From an uncultured Armatimonadetes bacterium (GTDB lineage: Bacteria > Armatimonadota > UBA5829 > DTJY01), in NCBI GenBank assembly GCA_963717145.1, contig OY970325.1, positions 800,001-864,000 on the forward strand: a stretch of DNA of 64,000 nt. Reading direction: 5' to 3'. The notes under the pieces are model-generated. The model was not told the origin of the DNA. It was given only the letters and a program-made list of their open reading frames with translations, and ran no database searches. Below, piece after piece: positions 60,442 to 64,000 of this stretch. How positions within the stretch are numbered: the first letter of the stretch is position 1; each line of letters starts with the position of its first letter. Made by a program: the position numbers and the translations under genes.

Positions 60442-61401
60442 CTAGCCCATCTCACTCAGCTCAATGTGCATAAGGAATGATGCGACTTGGCCGTGGAACT
60501 GACTGTCCCCAAACACGTTGTCACTCGGCAGGTCGAGATGCTCGGAAAGCCCTGCACTCCTTATGAGGAAGCTGGAGAAAGAATCAACGACCTGACTTAC
60601 AACCCTGCCATACATCCGAGTTGGTTCCCCGATACTCATTTGAGTCCAGCCTCGGATGAAGTCGTACAGATCGCGCGCGAAGTGCAGATTACCCAACGGA
60701 CCGTTCATTCCATCTGTCATCCACAACCACTCTTGGGGATGGATGCCACTCATCAGAGACCACACAGCTGACATAGTATTCCCGCCCGCTGAAACACCGC
60801 TACCCAACACACAGATGTCTGCAGGAGATAACGACTGCTTGCCCCGGAGCAACTCCGAAACCACCGGCGCTGAGGCCAGGATCATCTCGCCTGGTGTGCC
60901 GAGCAATCCAAAAGCCCCGAGACACCCCGTATGGTTTCGAAAGTGAATGTCGCTCCGACCCCGGAAGATACCTTTGTTACCAGCGAAGGGAGGGAAGTTT
61001 TTCAGCAGGAAAAGCTGCTCTGAGTCTACAGCCCAGTTCGAACCGTGGTCCTTCTTGTTCTGGATGAGGCATATTCGCGAAAAGATCGGCGATCCGCCGT
61101 CTGTAACCACACTCATGACAGCCATGTCGGCAAGCTCTTTGGTTACTGGCTTGTCCAGGTAGTTGAACTCAACATACGATCGTGATCCATGCAGCATCTT
61201 ACCTGACAGCCGCATTGGCCCATAAGACTGGCCGTTGACTGCTTCCACCAGTCGCTCCACAAGTGCAATCTCGTTGTCACCGACTGAATAGCCGCGCCCG
61301 AGACCTTCGTAACAGCGGTGGACAAGATCGGTTTGGAATCGCGCAAACCCCTCATCTTCCATCAGTTCGCCCATTTTCTTGAAAAGCCGACGCATATGCA
61401 T
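60442..61401 (-). CDS. Hypothetical protein with putative PD-(D/E)XK-like nuclease motif
   Basis: E...LHG...KELADM...LIQNKK; RBS GGAGG. Confidence 0.6.
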   Translation of the reverse strand: MHMRRLFKKMGELMEDEGFARFQTDLVHRCYEGLGRGYSVGDNEIALVERLVEAVNGQSYGPMRLSGKMLHGSRSYVEFNYLDKPVTKELADMAVMSVVTDGGSPIFSRICLIQNKKDHGSNWAVDSEQLFLLKNFPPFAGNKGIFRGRSDIHFRNHTGCLGAFGLLGTPGEMILASAPVVSELLRGKQSLSPADICVLGSGVSAGGNTMSAVWSLMSGIHPQEWLWMTDGMNGPLGNLHFARDLYDFIRGWTQMSIGEPTRMYGRVVSQVVDSFSSFLIRSAGLSEHLDLPSDNVFGDSQFHGQVASFLMHIELSEMG

Positions 61402-61464
61402 TGCCTCCTAGGTCATAGCATTAGACTGCTCACCGGAGTGGGAAGTAGTTGGTGACTTGTCGCA

Positions 61465-61493
61465 ATTGTAGGCGGCTCTGCTCTCCTTGTCAA
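61465..61493 (-). promoter_or_regulatory. Sigma70-type promoter of the two-gene cassette
   Basis: TTGACA-17bp-TACAAT on minus strand. Confidence 0.75.
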
Positions 61494-61626
61494 TCCCGTG
61501 TCGCTATGGATGATCCGGGTCCAAGCCTTCAACCATTCGCTATACGCGGCCCCAACACCGGCAACGCAAAACCTTCATCACTGGCAGGCATGAATTCCTG
61601 AGCGGGACGGCGAATAGAATCGCGGA

Positions 61627-64000
61627 ATGAAGAAACTGCTGCTCGCCATACTGCTGATTCCCGTCCTGCTCACCGGATGCGCGAAGCGGGATACCGGAAA
61701 GATCAAGCTCGTCGTCTGGGGTCTCCAGTCGAGCGAGGAATCGAAGGGGCTCGATGCCGTGGTCGCCGAGTACGAGCGCCGTCACCCGAACATCGACGTG
61801 CGAGTCCTCGCGATGGGCGCGGGCGGCATGAACCCCCAGAAGCTGATGACCGCCATCGTCGGCAAGGTCCCGCCGGATGTCGTCCATCAGGACCGCTTCA
61901 CGATCGGCGACTGGGCCTCCCGCGACACGTTCAGGCCGCTCGATGACCTCATCAAGCGCGACCTCGACCAGCCGGACGCCATCCACGAGGAGCAGTTCTA
62001 CAAGGCGTGCTGGGCCGAGGCCAACTATGAGGGCAAGGTCTACGCGATCCCCTTCAACACTGACGACCGCGCGCTCTACTACAACAAGAAGCTTTTCCGC
62101 GAGGCCGGCCTCGATCCGAACAAGCCGCCCAGGACGTGGGACGAACTGCTCGCCTGCGCCAAGAAGCTGACCAGGTACCGCAAGGACGGCGGCTTCGAGC
62201 GCGTCGGGTTCATCCCCAACTTCGGCAACAGTTGGCTCTACCTCTATAGCTGGCAGAACGGCGGCGAGTTCATGAGCCCCGACGGCCTGAAGTGCACCAT
62301 GAACAACAGGCATTCGGTCGAGGCGCTCGAGTACATGACCTCGGTCTACGACTCGCTCAAGGGGGTCGAGGCGATCAACTCGTTCTCGTCCGGCTTCAAA
62401 GCCAACGAACTCGATCCGTTCCTCACCGGCCTGGTCGCCATGAAGATCGACGGCAACTGGTTCCTCGACGGCATCGCGCGGTTCGGCCCGGACCTCGACT
62501 TCGCGGTCGCCCCGGCGCCGATCCCGAGGGAGCGTCTCGAGGGCAAGGGCAGGTTCGCAGGCCAGCCGAAGTTCATCACGTGGAGCGGGGGATTCTCCTT
62601 CGCGATCCCCAGAGGCGCGAAGCACGTCGAGGAGTCGTGGGACTTCATCAAGTGGATGTGCTCCGAGGAGGCGACGCGCATATCGTGCACCGCCCAGCGG
62701 AAGTACAACTTGAGCAAGGGCCGCCCGTACGTGCCCGGCATGACCGCGAACGTCAAGGTCAACGAAATGGTCTTCCGCGAGTTCGCCCCGAAGCTGCCGA
62801 AGTACCGCGACTCGCTCCGGATGTTCCTCGACCTGATGAACGCTTCGAAGTATCGCCCGGTCACCTTCGTCGGCCAGCGCCTTTGGGACGAACACGTCCG
62901 CGCATTCGACCAGGCGACTCGCCACAAGAAGACACCCCGGGGAGCAATGGACGAGGGCACGAGGATCGTCCAGAAGGAGCTCGAGAAGGTGTTCGGCAAA
63001 TCGCAGTTCAAGGAGCTGAACTGGGGCTACCCGATCGGCGTCCTCGCAGCCATGCTGCTCGTCTTCGTCGGGATCGTCATCAAGAAGTTCAGGGACTACG
63101 GCCCGATCGGCAAGCTCTCCCAGGGCGAGGCGATCGCGGGATATCTCTTCGCATCCCCGTGGATACTCGGCTTCCTGGTGTTCACCATCGGGCCGATCAT
63201 CGCCTCGATCATCTTCAGTTTCTGCGACTACGACGTGCTCCATGCGGCGCGCTGGGTCGGCCTCCACAACTACCGGGACCTGATGACCGACGACTGGCAG
63301 TACATGTCGAAGGCGCTGTTCAACGTCGGATACATGGCGGTCCTCGGCCTCCCGCTCGGACTGATCGCCAGCCTGTCGATCGCGATGCTCCTGAACACGA
63401 AGGTCGGCGGGATGACGTGGTATCGCACGATCTATTATCTGCCGTCGATTGTGCCCGTCGTCGCCAACGCGATCCTCTGGATCTGGGTGCTCAATCCCGA
63501 GTACGGCCTAGTGAACGCCGCATGGAGGGCGACCCTCTCCCAGTGGTTCCATCTCGCACCGCCCGGCTGGCTGACGAGCGAAGTCTACGCGAAACCCGGC
63601 CTGATCTTCATGGGCCTATGGGGCGCGGGTGGCGGGATGATCCTCTGGCTCGGCGGGGCTTCAGGGAGTGCCTCAGCATCTCTATGAGGCGGCCGACATC
63701 GACGGCGCGAACTGGTGGAGCCGGTTCTGGAACGTCACCTTCCCGATGCTCACGCCGTACATGTTCTTCAACCTGATAATGGGCATGATCGGCACGCTCC
63801 AGATGTTCGACCAAGTGTACATCATGACCGGCGGCGGACCGGTGGACTCGACCTCGGTGCCGGTGTTCTACCTGTTCAACAATGCGTTCACCTACTTCAA
63901 GATGGGGTACGCGTCGGCCATCGCATGGCTGCTGTTCATAATCATCCTCGCGCTGACGGTGGTGCAGCTCAAGCTTGCCCCGCGCTGGGTGCACTACGAA
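61627..64000 (+). CDS. Lipoprotein solute-binding protein fused to carbohydrate ABC permease (3' partial, frameshift near 63655)
   Basis: Lipobox LTGC, ALYYNKKLF...PPRTWDEL; permease continues LQGVPQHLYEAADIDGA in another frame. Confidence 0.88.

Noticed and set aside
1-64000. tRNA, rRNA, riboswitch, reverse transcriptase or prophage genes
   Set aside because: None recognised by eye; a covariance-model search would be needed to exclude small RNAs

Overview
GC-rich bacterial chromosomal window. An Armatimonadota-like origin is inferred only from gene content. Housekeeping and catabolic genes include ftsEX-M23-2xS41-deacetylase, lemA-htpX, surE, sugar ABC permeases (two fused to solute-binding proteins), two orphan DNA methyltransferases and a LexA-type-box-controlled imuB-like/DUF6504/dnaE2 mutagenesis cassette. 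Mobile DNA comprises a REP-associated tyrosine transposase (RAYT) with GTAG REPs and an IS481 element. At least five families of short palindromic or periodic repeats occur between genes. Most notable: (i) one palindromic element family (GGAGTGCG...CGCACTCC) sits in-frame inside protein-coding genes, twice in the imuB-like gene, and a heptamer hairpin sits in-frame in dnaE2; (ii) a more A/T-rich two-gene PD-(D/E)XK nuclease-like cassette with its own near-consensus promoter is a candidate defence system; (iii) a 21-bp-phased array precedes an unknown helical/FN3-like gene; (iv) an 85-bp diverged direct repeat brackets a DUF4932-like gene. Many single-base frameshifts are probably sequencing or assembly errors. 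All family assignments come from motif recognition by eye, not database searches.
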